Source of the DNA: an uncultured Thermoplasmata archaeon
GTDB lineage: Archaea; Thermoplasmatota; Thermoplasmata; UBA10834
Assembly (NCBI GenBank): GCA_963719945.1
Contig: CAVRDX010000001.1
Coordinates: forward strand, 224,001-288,000
Direction of reading: 5' to 3'
DNA length: 64,000 nt
Part shown: piece after piece, positions 41,963-52,994 of the stretch
Position numbering within the stretch: position 1 is the first letter of the stretch
Layout of the letters: each line of letters begins with the position of its first letter
Notes under the pieces: model-generated
What the model was told of the DNA's origin: nothing
Database searches by the model: none
Seen by the model: only the letters and a program-made list of their open reading frames with translations
Translations under genes and position numbers: made by a program

Positions 41963-42171
41963 CAGACCACTTCCGACGGGGGTGTCGTGACTTGGGTCAT
42001 TTAGGTACGGACAACGACCATTCGAACCATCTGTGTGTTGTCGGCATACCTGGACGATTGGAAGTTGTTATCGGGTCGCCTGAACATAACCTTTTCCCTA
42101 TGGGTATCTGTCGTGAATCCCTCGCCATACTCCCGATGTGAATCGATCCTGCTATCGTCCTGTCGCTCTGC

Positions 42172-44604
42172 TCAAGGTCGGAACCTCCTCAGCATGGACG
42201 CGTTTGTGACAACTGAGACCGAGCTGAACGCCATGGCCCCTGCGGCTATCATCGGACTGAGAAGCCAATCAGTGAACGGGTAGAGTATCCCTGCCGCAAT
42301 CGGTATCGACGCTGTGTTATAGGCGAGTGCCCAGAACAGGTTCTCTTTGATCTTGCGGAATGTGCGCCTGCTGAGCCGAATGGCCGTGGAGACTCCTTCC
42401 AGATCGTCTCGGACGAGAACGATATTGCCAGACTCGAGGGCGATGTCCGTCCCGCTCCCGATGGCAATCCCTATGTCTGCCTGGGCAAGTGCCGGCGCGT
42501 CGTTTATTCCATCTCCTACCATTGCTACGATCTCTCCGATATCCTGATACGATCGGATGGCAGCGGCCTTATCCTTCGGAAGGAGGTGGGCTTTGAAATC
42601 ACGGATGCCCGCTTTTGTGGCAATCGCTCTTGCGGTCCTCTCATTGTCTCCGGTGAGCATCACCACCCTCAACCCCATTTCCGTCAGAGTGCGGACCGCC
42701 TCTCTTGTCCCTGGCTTGAGGGTATCGGCCACCCCGATGGCTCCCAACGCCTTATCCTGAGCGATGCAGACCATAACTGTCATTCCCTCATCTTCCATCT
42801 GTGAGATGGATTGGTCCAGGTCTGATATGTCTGTCATCAATCGCGCTGCCATTCTCCTATTGCCGACATGTATGGTCACGCCCTTCACGGTCGAGGTCAC
42901 TCCTTCACCTGGCGTCACTATGGATGTGTCCGGATCGTCCAGGGAGATGCCTGCCTCACGGGCAGCCTCGATCACCGCATTGGATAGGACATGCTCAGAA
43001 CCCCTCTCCGCGCTTCCAGCATGGTACAGCAGTTCTCGCTCGTCGTGCGCATCCCCAAGCACCAACCTCACGACCTTCGGTTCGCCGACGGTCAGTGTGC
43101 CCGTTTTATCAAATATCAGGGTGGTCAGTTTTCCAGCGGTCTCCAGAGCGTCGGCATCCTTTATCAGCACTCCAAGTTGCGCACCCCTGCCCGTGCCGAC
43201 AACGATTGCGGTGGGAGTGGCGAGCCCCAATGCGCATGGGCATGCGATCACTAGCACCGTCACGAATGTGGTCAGGGAGAACGACAGTGCATCTCCGACG
43301 TCCCATATCTCGGATCCTACGAAGTACCAGAAGATGAATGTGGACACGGCTACTGTCAGTACTGCTGGCACGAAGTATCCCGCGATCTTGTCGGCATATC
43401 TCTCTATCGGCGCTTTAGAGCTCTGCGCATCCTCCACAAGCCTCACTATCTGGGCCAAGGTCGTGTTCCTGCCTATGCGAGTGGCCTTCACTTTCAGCAC
43501 GCCTGATATGTTGACGGTCCCGCCGATTACTTCGGCTCCCTCGACCTTCTCCTGAGGCATCGATTCGCCAGTGACCATGGATTCGTCCACCGACGAACGC
43601 CCGGATTGGACATTGCCATCGATCGGCAATCTCTCTCCAGGCTTGACCACGACAAGGTCCCCTTCTTTGATTTCATCGACGCTGACCTGCATTTCCACAC
43701 CATCCCTTATCATCACTGCTGTGGATGGCTGGAGGTCCATGAGCTTCATTATCGCCTCCGAAGTCGAACCCCTGGACCTGAGTTCCAGATACTTCCCTGC
43801 GAGGACCAATGTAATTATCACGGCTGAAGTGTCGAAATAGACATCGGGTGTGCTCACCAAATCAGGACTCAGCGTGACTATCAAGCTGTATATGAACGCG
43901 GAGCTGGTCCCAAGGACCACCAGTGTGTCCATGTTGGCTCTCTTGTTCAAGATCGCTCTGTATGCACCCTTATAGTACCTGAATCCCGCGAAGAATTGGA
44001 CCGGAACCGCGAGGATTAGCAGGATGTAATTCCTGGCCTCTGTGGTCATGAGGTCTGACCAGAACGAGTATGTCATGGTCATCGACGCGATTGGGATCGC
44101 GAACGCCAATGCGATGACGAGATCCCTCACCCCCGCACTCAACTCTGCTTTCCTGGCCAGCCGCTCGGCCATGACCCCCTCTATCTCGAGGACCTTGTAT
44201 CCCGCCTTCTCGACTGCTGCTGCGAGCATGGACCTTGAAGCCAAGGTGGAATCGTAGTCCACCGTCGCCTTGCCGAGGGCAAAATTGACCTTTGCGTCCG
44301 TCACCCCTGGGACCTCTTCCAGAGTCTCCTTGATCGTGAGCGCGCATGTGGCGCAATGCATTCCACCGATTGTCAGCGTTGATTCATCATGCGCGATATC
44401 GTACCCCGTTGACCTGACAGCCTCGGCAACATCCTCAATCGAAGCCCTGTCTGGGTCAAATCGGAAGGTGGCTTTCTCGGTCGCCAGGTTGACAGTGATA
44501 TCGTCAACACCTTCAACTGATTCTATGGATTCTCGTACTGCATCTACGCATGTTGCACAATGCATGCCCTTGATTCGGACCGACCCCTTTCTCGAACCCG
44601 ACAA
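42172..44604 (-). CDS. copA: Cu(I)-exporting P1B-type ATPase
   Basis: Two GMHCATC HMA domains, TGES, CPC, DKTGT, HV in the N domain, GDGIND, YN and MAFSS. Confidence 0.95.
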   Translation of the reverse strand: MSGSRKGSVRIKGMHCATCVDAVRESIESVEGVDDITVNLATEKATFRFDPDRASIEDVAEAVRSTGYDIAHDESTLTIGGMHCATCALTIKETLEEVPGVTDAKVNFALGKATVDYDSTLASRSMLAAAVEKAGYKVLEIEGVMAERLARKAELSAGVRDLVIALAFAIPIASMTMTYSFWSDLMTTEARNYILLILAVPVQFFAGFRYYKGAYRAILNKRANMDTLVVLGTSSAFIYSLIVTLSPDLVSTPDVYFDTSAVIITLVLAGKYLELRSRGSTSEAIMKLMDLQPSTAVMIRDGVEMQVSVDEIKEGDLVVVKPGERLPIDGNVQSGRSSVDESMVTGESMPQEKVEGAEVIGGTVNISGVLKVKATRIGRNTTLAQIVRLVEDAQSSKAPIERYADKIAGYFVPAVLTVAVSTFIFWYFVGSEIWDVGDALSFSLTTFVTVLVIACPCALGLATPTAIVVGTGRGAQLGVLIKDADALETAGKLTTLIFDKTGTLTVGEPKVVRLVLGDAHDERELLYHAGSAERGSEHVLSNAVIEAAREAGISLDDPDTSIVTPGEGVTSTVKGVTIHVGNRRMAARLMTDISDLDQSISQMEDEGMTVMVCIAQDKALGAIGVADTLKPGTREAVRTLTEMGLRVVMLTGDNERTARAIATKAGIRDFKAHLLPKDKAAAIRSYQDIGEIVAMVGDGINDAPALAQADIGIAIGSGTDIALESGNIVLVRDDLEGVSTAIRLSRRTFRKIKENLFWALAYNTASIPIAAGILYPFTDWLLSPMIAAGAMAFSSVSVVTNASMLRRFRP

Positions 44605-44791
44605 ATCCTCTCTCCTCTCAGATCAGATAATAGATTGTCCTAGCACATGCAATCAAATATCAATTGTGCCGGTCCGATGCCCTCGTACGCTTAGTCTTCG
44701 ATGTGATCGAACGGACGGTGGATAATGTATCAAAAAGGGGAATATTCGTTCAATACATATGTCTGTTTGACCGTAAATAGGCACATCTTTC

Positions 44792-44926
44792 ATGAATGAT
44801 TCTATACCACAACAGTCTCTTCCGCGAGATCTCTGCTGCCCTCTCATCTCGGCCGTCATGATCGTTCTTGCCCTTCTCAGCGAAGGTCCTTTGTTTTCTG
44901 ATTGCTGCTCTGATTGTCATAAATGA
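44792..44926 (+). CDS. Possible 44-aa Cys-rich microprotein divergent from copA
   Basis: Manual translation MNDSIPQQSLPRDLCCPLISAVMIVLALLSEGPLFSDCCSDCHK; below the ORF-track cutoff; no clear SD. Confidence 0.25.
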   Translation: MNDSIPQQSLPRDLCCPLISAVMIVLALLSEGPLFSDCCSDCHK

Positions 44927-45054
44927 TGCAAGGCGCGGTCATTGGGGTCGTTCTGAGCGGGCAGATATGCCCGCGGATTGGCCACTTACCGTACTTTCCC
45001 AGGGATGCATTTACTATGGAGTATCTCCTATGTTCCAATGCGAGGTGTCGCTCA

Positions 45055-45330
45055 TTGGCTCGAGTCAATGTCAAGTTCTTCGCTACCATACGGGAAGTTG
45101 CAGGGACAGCATCGATAAGTTTGGAAGTCGATGATATCGACTCTCTAATCTCGCACCTTTCAATTAGCTATAGTCATGCCATCGTTTCGGCGGGTATCGA
45201 TCCTGATTCCTTCTCCGATTCTCTCGTGATATTGGTGAATGGTCAGAACATCCGTCAGCTGAAAGGGTTCGACACGCCCCTGGCCGATGATGACGAAGTG
45301 TCCTTGTTCCCACCAATTTCAGGTGGATGA
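45055..45330 (+). CDS. MoaD/ThiS/SAMP ubiquitin-like sulfur carrier
   Basis: VKFFATIRE, ILVNG and C-terminal FPPISGG; TTG start after GAGGTG. Confidence 0.92.
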   Translation: MARVNVKFFATIREVAGTASISLEVDDIDSLISHLSISYSHAIVSAGIDPDSFSDSLVILVNGQNIRQLKGFDTPLADDDEVSLFPPISGG

Positions 45331-45414
45331 CGACCGATTGCCTTTGGGAAGCCTTGCGAATCGCAAGATAAGCTTTATATCGGGCCAGGCCATAACCGCG
45401 ATTCAGGATTTGAG

Positions 45415-46362
45415 ATGGCAAGCGAGACCGAGCCACGCAAGCCCAGAGACCCGTTGGGCATGGTTTTGGCCGTACTGATAGCGCTCATCGTCGTGTCTAT
45501 CGGTCTGATTGGATATGTCATATACGACAACTCCCAGGCTGCAGATTCAGGGACCGTCTACCTAGCGGAGTCTGGGGACACGGTCTATCTCGACTACATA
45601 GGCATGTTCGAAGACGGAAGGGTCTTCGACACGAGCCTCTACTATGTAGCCTCGAACGACACGAGCTATCCGAAATCGCTCACATTCTCTCCCAGGGAAG
45701 AATCGTCGTATTCCGCCTTTGAGATGACCGCTGGTCTCTATGGCGCGTCCGGCGGAACCATCAAGGGATTCGCCCTAGGGGTCATAGGTTTGAAGACTCA
45801 CGATGTCAAAACCATTGTGATCGCCCCCGAGGACGCCTATGCGGTCAACGCCGGTATGATCACAAACATCAGCCTTTATCAGGAAATACCGATTGTGGAG
45901 ACGATGCCCGAAACTGATTTCACTTCTCTCTTCGGCACTCCCGCGGTCCCGTTCAACTATGTGACTCACTTTGAATGGGGTTGGGATGTCCAGGTCCTGT
46001 CGAATGAATTCGGCATAGTGACCTACAAGCATGTCCCTAGCGTTGGTCAGGTGGCATATCCTTTCGGGGACCCTGAGGACGAATACACCCCCTCTGGATG
46101 GGCATGCACGGTTGTGTCCTACGATCCTGCTGCTGATGATGGCATTGGGACGATAACGGTCCACCACGACATCACGGAGTCGGATGTGTACGACGTCAAG
46201 GGCGTGACATATGATGAATCGGTATTCATCGTGTCAGGCTACAATGAGAGTGCAGGCACATTCCAGATCCATTGGAGCAACAGCGAGATCGGATACAACG
46301 GGGAGATAGCTGGAAGAGCGCTTATCTTCGAGGTATACATCCGAGGTGTAGTGAAGGCCTAG
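45415..46362 (+). CDS. Membrane-anchored FKBP/SlyD-type peptidyl-prolyl isomerase with large insertion
   Basis: N-terminal TM; DYIGMFEDGRVFDTS, IKGF, PEDAY and NGEIAGRALIFEV. Confidence 0.82.
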   Translation: MASETEPRKPRDPLGMVLAVLIALIVVSIGLIGYVIYDNSQAADSGTVYLAESGDTVYLDYIGMFEDGRVFDTSLYYVASNDTSYPKSLTFSPREESSYSAFEMTAGLYGASGGTIKGFALGVIGLKTHDVKTIVIAPEDAYAVNAGMITNISLYQEIPIVETMPETDFTSLFGTPAVPFNYVTHFEWGWDVQVLSNEFGIVTYKHVPSVGQVAYPFGDPEDEYTPSGWACTVVSYDPAADDGIGTITVHHDITESDVYDVKGVTYDESVFIVSGYNESAGTFQIHWSNSEIGYNGEIAGRALIFEVYIRGVVKA

Positions 46363-47270
46363 TCCTTCCCTGACCCTGCTTTCTCTGGATCGACATGTCC
46401 CTCTCTGATCAATCTTGCCGAAAGCTTTCTGAACTGCCTATCCACGGCGAGCTGCACCTTCTCGTTCCCCGATATCAGAGTCGCACCCACGGCCAATAGG
46501 AAACCTGCAAACACATCCGCGAGCCAGTGGACCCCGAGAAATAGGACTGTGAAGGTGATTCCTACGACCGATAATCCGACGAAATAGACGTACGCCTTCT
46601 TTCTCCAGTCGACGATGCTTCCTTTGAGGCCTGCTGAGCTCAGGACAAGCAACGTGGTCATCACGATGCTGACGTGTCCGCTCGGGAAATCATTGTTGAG
46701 TGGGTCGACGCTCGTCACCATCCTCCCCCAGTTGGTGTTGATATAGAGCAAGGGTGTCAGACCGGAGTCCGCATAGAACCCTGTCACGGTGACCGGGAAT
46801 AAGAGGTAGAATGGCAACAGCACGGCGTAGTTGAACATCATCGCAACGGAATATCGTCTTACCAGATCCATCTCGCGCACGGTCATCAGGATGATCGGTG
46901 TGAAGTAGAGTATGAATGTGAATATCCAGACGTAGACCAGTATTGACATGTCCACGATGATCTGGTAATCGAGACGGTCCTGGAGTATCCGGATCGCGTT
47001 CCCACTTATGCTGAAGATCCAGTTTGTATAGAGGACCTCTTTGGAGACTTCCTCCGCGCTCCGGATGGCGCTCTCGACGAGGGTTATGAGCGGGAGCATG
47101 ATGAGCATTAGAACATACGCCAGGTTGTACTTCAGGGCCTGAAGCGTCTTGTGCATCATGATGTTCTTCCAGCCAACCAGTAGCAGCACGCCAGCTACGA
47201 CCCCCACGATCATAGAAACGACATATAGCAGTAGGAAGACAGGGTACGACAGCGGCATATGTCCCGTCAT
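46359..47270 (-). CDS. PAP2-superfamily membrane enzyme (Aur1/inositolphosphotransferase-like)
   Basis: Multi-TM; FYLLFPV, NDFPSGH and VHWLAD. Confidence 0.85.
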   Translation of the reverse strand: MTGHMPLSYPVFLLLYVVSMIVGVVAGVLLLVGWKNIMMHKTLQALKYNLAYVLMLIMLPLITLVESAIRSAEEVSKEVLYTNWIFSISGNAIRILQDRLDYQIIVDMSILVYVWIFTFILYFTPIILMTVREMDLVRRYSVAMMFNYAVLLPFYLLFPVTVTGFYADSGLTPLLYINTNWGRMVTSVDPLNNDFPSGHVSIVMTTLLVLSSAGLKGSIVDWRKKAYVYFVGLSVVGITFTVLFLGVHWLADVFAGFLLAVGATLISGNEKVQLAVDRQFRKLSARLIREGHVDPEKAGSGKD

Positions 47271-47325
47271 TACATCTGAACTGGCATAGAAAAAGGTTCC
47301 CAGAGCATGGCGTTTGCAGGCTCTC

Positions 47326-48483
47326 TCAGAACCATCTGTTCTCCAGGTCGTTCTTCATTACCTCAGCAGCCAGAGCGTAAGTCTTCTCAAGCTTGGCAGT
47401 GCACGAGTCGATGGAGAAATCCCTTGCAGTCGCCACCGCTTCCATCTTCATGGAGTTTGCCTTGGACAGACATCTCCTGATCGCATCGGTGCAGAATGGC
47501 TCGTCGAAGAGGCAGCCGTTCTTGCCTTCCTTCACGAACTCCGGTATCGCCCTGCTCCTTATCCCCGCGACTGGCGTGCCGGACGCCATCGCCTCGAGGA
47601 CCACCAACCCTTGGGTCTCGAAGGTTGAGGCCAAGGCGAGCATGTCGCAGCTCGCATACGCTGTTGGCAGGTCGTCGTCTGGCAGGAACCCTGTGAAGAC
47701 GACTCGGTCCTTGATTCCGAGGGATTCGGCAAGTCGTTGATAATGATTCGAAGCCGGACCCTTCCCAACGACCAGCAACCGCAGATCAGGTTCATCCTTT
47801 CTAAGGTCGGCTATCGCATTCAGTACGATATCCAGCCGCTTCTCGAATGATAGCCTGCCAACATGCAGGATGACCCGATTCCCGTCGAGTCCCCATCTTT
47901 CTAGAAACCCTGGATCATGATTCTTCGGCGTGAACCGTTGTATGTCGATGCCTGTAGGGACCACCTCGCAGGCCTTCATCTTGATTCTGTTCTCGATCAA
48001 CTCGTCTTTTATGGGAGCAGAAGGTGCTATGACGACCTCCGGTCGCCTCAGGAGGTTCCGGAGATATATCCAGACCATTGGCACCATCATATCTTCTCTC
48101 AAGGGGACGAACGAATAGTACTTCACCGCCTCATTTGCCATCGTATGGAACGTCAGCACATGTGGTATGTTCATCGCTCTGGCAACGGTGAGGCTCAGGA
48201 TCGCCATCGATGCCAGGCCATGGCAGTGGAGCACGTCGACCTTCTCCTTTCTGACGCATTCCATCATCCGCGGGGCTGCCCATACGATGCGATAATCCGT
48301 GTACGATCTGAATGCAACCGATGGAAAGTAATGGACTGGCCGCTCCATCTTCAACCTCTTCGGAGTGTCCGGAGCGAACATGACAACTTCATGTCCCCGG
48401 GCCTCGAGTCCTCTTGCCTGGGTCTCCATGGAGATGACAGCACCGTCGATGGTAGGATAGAATGAATCTGCGAACATGGCCAC
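47326..48483 (-). CDS. GT4 glycosyltransferase
   Basis: DSFYP..DG, TFHT, VPTGID, VGRLSFEK and ETQGLVVLEAMASG; true start may be CTG at 48489. Confidence 0.93.
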   Translation of the reverse strand: MAMFADSFYPTIDGAVISMETQARGLEARGHEVVMFAPDTPKRLKMERPVHYFPSVAFRSYTDYRIVWAAPRMMECVRKEKVDVLHCHGLASMAILSLTVARAMNIPHVLTFHTMANEAVKYYSFVPLREDMMVPMVWIYLRNLLRRPEVVIAPSAPIKDELIENRIKMKACEVVPTGIDIQRFTPKNHDPGFLERWGLDGNRVILHVGRLSFEKRLDIVLNAIADLRKDEPDLRLLVVGKGPASNHYQRLAESLGIKDRVVFTGFLPDDDLPTAYASCDMLALASTFETQGLVVLEAMASGTPVAGIRSRAIPEFVKEGKNGCLFDEPFCTDAIRRCLSKANSMKMEAVATARDFSIDSCTAKLEKTYALAAEVMKNDLENRWF

Positions 48484-48502
48484 CTTCAGCGAATCACCTC
48501 GT

Positions 48503-49819
48503 CTATCTGTTGGACGATATCTTCTTGAGTTTCAAGAGCAAATCCTCTGGGGATCTGCCGAGCAGTCTGATCATGGGTTCCTTGCCCATCCCACCCTTGT
48601 CATATATAACGTCCGGAACTCGGCCATATCTCTCGATGGCGTCGAGGACTCCCCATGTCATGGATGACACTCCTTTCGGTTCCTTGGCCCTATCGAACGA
48701 AGCCACCGATAGCTTGGCCTTCCTACAAGCGGAGACGTTCGCATCCGAATACTTGACATTCATGGCGCATCGGATCTCCGGGTTCCGTGACGATGTTGCG
48801 AGCACGATCCTTGCAACATGCTTGGACGCGCCGAACCGCGCACATCCGACCTTCTTCGCCCTCGTGCCGCATCTGACTATCCTTCCATCAAAGGCTGCGA
48901 CTTCCTCGGGCTCCAAGGCTCCCATCATACCATATCCCATGTTCGTTCCGACTTCCGGGATGAGGTCGGAGTCCATTATGTCCTCGAGAGCCTTTGAAGC
49001 AATCTCCAGGTCCTCGAGCACGGTCGCCTTCTGTGCCTCGGCCCTGAGTATGGAAAGGGGATTCGCGCAAGGTATGCCCGTGCCGACGGTCTCCCTGCTC
49101 AGTATTGCTTTGTATATCATCGATTTTGAGATCCTCACTGCCTCCTCGATCTCGTATCCATGTGCAAGGTTGCCTGCAATCAGTGATGCGAGTGTGCAGC
49201 CTGTTCCATGGACCTCAACGTCGATTCTCGGTGACGATAGCTTCAGAATCTCTCCATCCCATAGGAGGAAATCCGTCGCCTCCTTGGTCTTGAGATGCCC
49301 TCCCTTCAGCAGTACTGCATCTGGGCCGAACTCCAAGATCTCAGCGGCCGCTCGTTTAGCGCTCCTCTCGTCCTTCACCTTGATGCCTGTCATTCTCTCG
49401 GCTTCGAGGAGGTTTGGGGTCACAATGGTGCTCATTGGAATAAGTTTGGTGATGAGCATTTCCAGGAACCCTGATTCGTGTAGAGGACTGCCCGTCGTTG
49501 CGATCATTACTGGGTCGACGACGATGGGTGCTCGAACTCCTTTGAGGAGGGTAGCCACGGTCTTGACGGTTTCGCTGCTGAAAAGCATCCCTGTCTTCAC
49601 AGCGTCGAGCTTCACATCCTCAAGGACCGATCTGATCTGGCTAGCCACCTCCTGCTGAGGTATGGGGAATATCGAGGATACACCCTTGGTGTTCTGGGAA
49701 GTCACACAAGTCACGACTGTACATCCGTGGATCCCCAGGGCCTCGAACGCCTTAAGGTCGGCCTGGAGGCCTGCCCCTCCGACTGAATCGGAGCCAGCAA
49801 TAGTCAGAGCGTTGGCCAT
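48503..49819 (-). CDS. thiD: Bifunctional HMP/HMP-P kinase and thiamine-phosphate synthase (ThiDN)
   Basis: [27 protein letters not shown] and HGTGC; C-terminal ThiN domain ([20 protein letters not shown]). Confidence 0.95.
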   Translation of the reverse strand: MANALTIAGSDSVGGAGLQADLKAFEALGIHGCTVVTCVTSQNTKGVSSIFPIPQQEVASQIRSVLEDVKLDAVKTGMLFSSETVKTVATLLKGVRAPIVVDPVMIATTGSPLHESGFLEMLITKLIPMSTIVTPNLLEAERMTGIKVKDERSAKRAAAEILEFGPDAVLLKGGHLKTKEATDFLLWDGEILKLSSPRIDVEVHGTGCTLASLIAGNLAHGYEIEEAVRISKSMIYKAILSRETVGTGIPCANPLSILRAEAQKATVLEDLEIASKALEDIMDSDLIPEVGTNMGYGMMGALEPEEVAAFDGRIVRCGTRAKKVGCARFGASKHVARIVLATSSRNPEIRCAMNVKYSDANVSACRKAKLSVASFDRAKEPKGVSSMTWGVLDAIERYGRVPDVIYDKGGMGKEPMIRLLGRSPEDLLLKLKKISSNR

Positions 49820-49927
49820 CGAGGCTCCATGGATTCCTATTGATAAATCTCTTGTGTCCGATGGTGAACACGCTCGATGGACGCTACACTACGGTTATAT
49901 ATGCGGTAGCCAATCAGAACGGTTTGT

Positions 49928-50302
49928 ATGAAGGCTGAGTCCGGCCACATCGTGTTCAAGGAGAAGTTCAGGTGGAAATCCCTGAAAGGCTGTTTCGAGG
50001 AACTTCTCAAGACCTTTCTTGAGGAGACCGACCAGGTCCCCGACGACGATGAGATCGTCCAGATGTTCCTCCGCATCAATATGATGGACATCGAGATGAA
50101 TCGGAAGCCCGAGGGATTCAATCGGAGAGGGCGGATCAGGATGGTGTTTCCGAACACTCCTGACAGGAAGGAGTTCTATATCCGGTCGGATTCGAAGACC
50201 ACTGAGATCATCAGGATAACCGAGAAGCTCAGCAGGTTTTTGAAGAAGGCGGGAGTGCCTCACACGGTCGAATGGGATCAGCTCAAACATCTCCAAGCCT
50301 GA
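49928..50302 (+). CDS. Hypothetical protein
   Basis: 124-aa ORF with TTATATA about 30 nt upstream; protein-like composition. Confidence 0.75.
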   Translation: MKAESGHIVFKEKFRWKSLKGCFEELLKTFLEETDQVPDDDEIVQMFLRINMMDIEMNRKPEGFNRRGRIRMVFPNTPDRKEFYIRSDSKTTEIIRITEKLSRFLKKAGVPHTVEWDQLKHLQA

Positions 50303-50342
50303 GATCGGTCGATACAATTGCATTGCGTGAGTCGTGTGATCC

Positions 50343-52349
50343 ATGGGACTCAAGGAGCGGGTTGACCAGACTGTTCGTGACAAGTCGTCTCTTGATGGCA
50401 TGAGGCATTCTTTTAGAACCATCGAGGCGAGGCAATCCACAAACAAGGCAAAGATACCTGACCTCGAGGGTCGCAAGGACCGGTTGCGCGCCGTGAAAGA
50501 GGGTTCTGTTGGCAATCAGGAGCTACTCATCGAGGCGATCTCTGTTCTTAGAGAGAACGGATTCAGGGTTCTTATGGTCAAGACCGCCGAGGCTGCTCTG
50601 AAGGCCATCCAACACGAGCTGCACGGTCACGAACTGGTTGTCAAATCGAAGTCAAACGTCACGAAGGAGCTACACCTGGCCGAACACCTTGCGAAATCGG
50701 GAGTCGAGGTGATCGAGACCGATCTTGGAGACAGGATCATCCAATTGGCCGGCTGCAAGGCTGCCCATCCCACCGGACCTGCCTGCCACATGACGCGGTC
50801 TGAGATCGCGCAGCTCTTTTCAAAGCATTTTGGACGGGAGATATCCGACGATCCAATGGAACTCACATCGATCATGCGCGACGAGATCGCGGAGTATCTG
50901 TCGAAGGCTAGAGCGGGGATAACGGGTGCGAACGCCATCACCGCGGCTGAAGGCGCGGTGGTGATCGTGCATAACGAGGGCAATGCGGCGAAGTGCGCTA
51001 TGCTCCCAGACAAGCATATCATCGTGACCACGCCTGAGAAGATAGTACCCACTCTTGAGGATGCCATGAACTCGGTCAGATTGCAGACTTATCTATCGAC
51101 CGGGAAGATAGTCAGTTCGTACATCAACGTCATCACTGGCCCCAGCTACACAGCCGACATCGAGAAGAAGCTATATCGCGGGATGCACGGGCCGAAGGAC
51201 GTCGTCATTGTGCTGGTCGATGATGGGAGATTGTCCGCCGCCGATAAGGAGCCGCAGTATTGCATCGGATGCGGCATGTGCCTCCTGCACTGTCCCGTGT
51301 ACAATGTAATGGGGCCGAGTTTTGGGAGTTCAGGGCACATGGGTGGTCAGGGAGTATATCTCTCGGGCTCGACGGGGAAGCTAGAAGACTCTCTTGATGG
51401 CGGTCTATTCCTCTGCACTTCATGCGGCGCATGCACCGAAGTATGCCCTTCTAGAATCGATACTAAAAAAGGGGTAGCTAATCTTAGATGTGCTGCAATA
51501 GACTCAAAAAAGGTGGATATATCCGAGCACAAGGAAGTGCTTGCAAGCCTCAGGAATTACGACAACCCTTGGAAGGTCCCGAGGGCACAGAAGTCCAAGT
51601 GGTCGAAAGGCCTCGGGCTGAAGCCAAAAGGCGATGTCCTGTTCTTCGCAGGTTGCTCAACATCCCTCCTCTTCCCTGAGACTGCTCAGAAGATGGTGGA
51701 GATACTGAGAGCTCTCGGGATAGAGCCTGCGTATATGGGCTCCAAGGAGAAATGTTGCGGATCAACTGCCAGGAAACTGGGTGCGTTCTCTATCGCGCGG
51801 GACAAGGCGGAGGCCTGCTTCCGAGATTTCAGTAATGCCGGGGCAAGGACGGTGGTCACGTCGTGTCCCGGATGCTCGTCTGCTCTGAATCATTATCCTG
51901 ACCTGATGGAAGAATACGGGGTCCAGGTCAGTCACATCTCTCAATTCCTCGATGGTAGGCTGTCGCAGGAATCGCTCTCCCCTGTGAGCCTCAAAGGCAA
52001 GGTGACATATCACGATCCTTGCGACCTTGGAAGGATACAGGGCGTCTATGACGAGCCCCGCCGTGTGCTGTCACAGGTCTTGGACGCACCTTTGGTCGAG
52101 ATGGAGCGATCTCGTAGGAACAGTTCTTGCTGTGGTTCTGGCGGCGGCGTCAAGAGCGGATTCCCCGCGCTCTCCGAAGCGATAGGCGCAGATCGGATCG
52201 AGATGGCCAAATCCGTGGGTGCAGAACTGATTGTGACTTCATGCCCGTGGTGCGTTCAGAGTCTGCGCGAATGTCAGAAATCCAGGGTCAAGGTCAAGGT
52301 GAGGGACCTGGTGGAAGTCGTCCACGAAGCGCTCATGCCCAGGGAATGA
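50343..52349 (+). CDS. LUD domain + 2x[4Fe-4S] + CCG domains oxidoreductase (LutB/LutA- or HdrD-like fusion)
   Basis: VKSKS, ETDLGD, HNEGN, TGPS.TADIE and HGP; CIGCGMCLLHCP and CTSCGACTEVCP; CCG motifs, YHDPC and TSCP. Confidence 0.9.
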   Translation: MGLKERVDQTVRDKSSLDGMRHSFRTIEARQSTNKAKIPDLEGRKDRLRAVKEGSVGNQELLIEAISVLRENGFRVLMVKTAEAALKAIQHELHGHELVVKSKSNVTKELHLAEHLAKSGVEVIETDLGDRIIQLAGCKAAHPTGPACHMTRSEIAQLFSKHFGREISDDPMELTSIMRDEIAEYLSKARAGITGANAITAAEGAVVIVHNEGNAAKCAMLPDKHIIVTTPEKIVPTLEDAMNSVRLQTYLSTGKIVSSYINVITGPSYTADIEKKLYRGMHGPKDVVIVLVDDGRLSAADKEPQYCIGCGMCLLHCPVYNVMGPSFGSSGHMGGQGVYLSGSTGKLEDSLDGGLFLCTSCGACTEVCPSRIDTKKGVANLRCAAIDSKKVDISEHKEVLASLRNYDNPWKVPRAQKSKWSKGLGLKPKGDVLFFAGCSTSLLFPETAQKMVEILRALGIEPAYMGSKEKCCGSTARKLGAFSIARDKAEACFRDFSNAGARTVVTSCPGCSSALNHYPDLMEEYGVQVSHISQFLDGRLSQESLSPVSLKGKVTYHDPCDLGRIQGVYDEPRRVLSQVLDAPLVEMERSRRNSSCCGSGGGVKSGFPALSEAIGADRIEMAKSVGAELIVTSCPWCVQSLRECQKSRVKVKVRDLVEVVHEALMPRE

Positions 52350-52364
52350 TCGAGCCCGCCTGGA

Positions 52365-52931
52365 TCATTCGTGTCCTTCTAAGGCGAATTCTCCCAGCGT
52401 GTGATAGGTCGGTCCGCTAGGGCTGAGGATACTCTTCTTCAAGCGAATGCAATCGACCCTGTAGCTGCCATATTGAGTTGCGGCCTTCTCCCTGATCATG
52501 TCCTGAAGCCGACGAATGTCTCTGGAACTCCTCGTTCTGGCGATCGTGAGATGCGGTTTGAACCCTTTTTGATCTCGTTCGAATCCGAGTCCTCCAAGGG
52601 CGATGTCCAAGTGCTCAGCCATGACTGTGAGCAGGTTGCTATCGTGTACGCCTATCCAGACCACCCTGATGCTCGACACAGATGGGAACGCCCCCAATCC
52701 CGTCAATCTCATGGAGAATGGTGTGGTCTCCTTGGATATCTTGCCCATTCGCGAACATATCTCGTCGATGAGACCCTCATCCGTGTCTCCAAGGAATTTC
52801 AACGTGAGATGGAGTGATTCCTGTTTCACGATCTTCAAGTCCGCCCCTGAATGGCGCAGCTCACCCAGAAGCCCGACAAGGTCCTGGGTCGGCTCGATAT
52901 CGACTGAGATGAATGCCCTGATTCTCAACAA
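52365..52931 (-). CDS. thpR: RNA 2',3'-cyclic phosphodiesterase (2H family)
   Basis: Two HxT motifs (HLTLKFLG, PHLTIAR), RVVWIG and SILSPSGPTY. Confidence 0.94.
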   Translation of the reverse strand: MLRIRAFISVDIEPTQDLVGLLGELRHSGADLKIVKQESLHLTLKFLGDTDEGLIDEICSRMGKISKETTPFSMRLTGLGAFPSVSSIRVVWIGVHDSNLLTVMAEHLDIALGGLGFERDQKGFKPHLTIARTRSSRDIRRLQDMIREKAATQYGSYRVDCIRLKKSILSPSGPTYHTLGEFALEGHE

Positions 52932-52994
52932 CTGAGGAAATGACTTCTCGACTAATAGTCCTTGCTTGTGAGCGGCTGCGATTCTCCTCTTTGG

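Noticed and set aside
44653-44859. 68-aa ORF upstream of copA as a copper chaperone or regulator
   Set aside because: No HMA CxxC, TRASH or HTH pattern.
44930-45054. Moco/Tuco riboswitch upstream of the MoaD-like gene
   Set aside because: Only one hairpin is visible and I could not match the multi-stem consensus; it would need cmscan.
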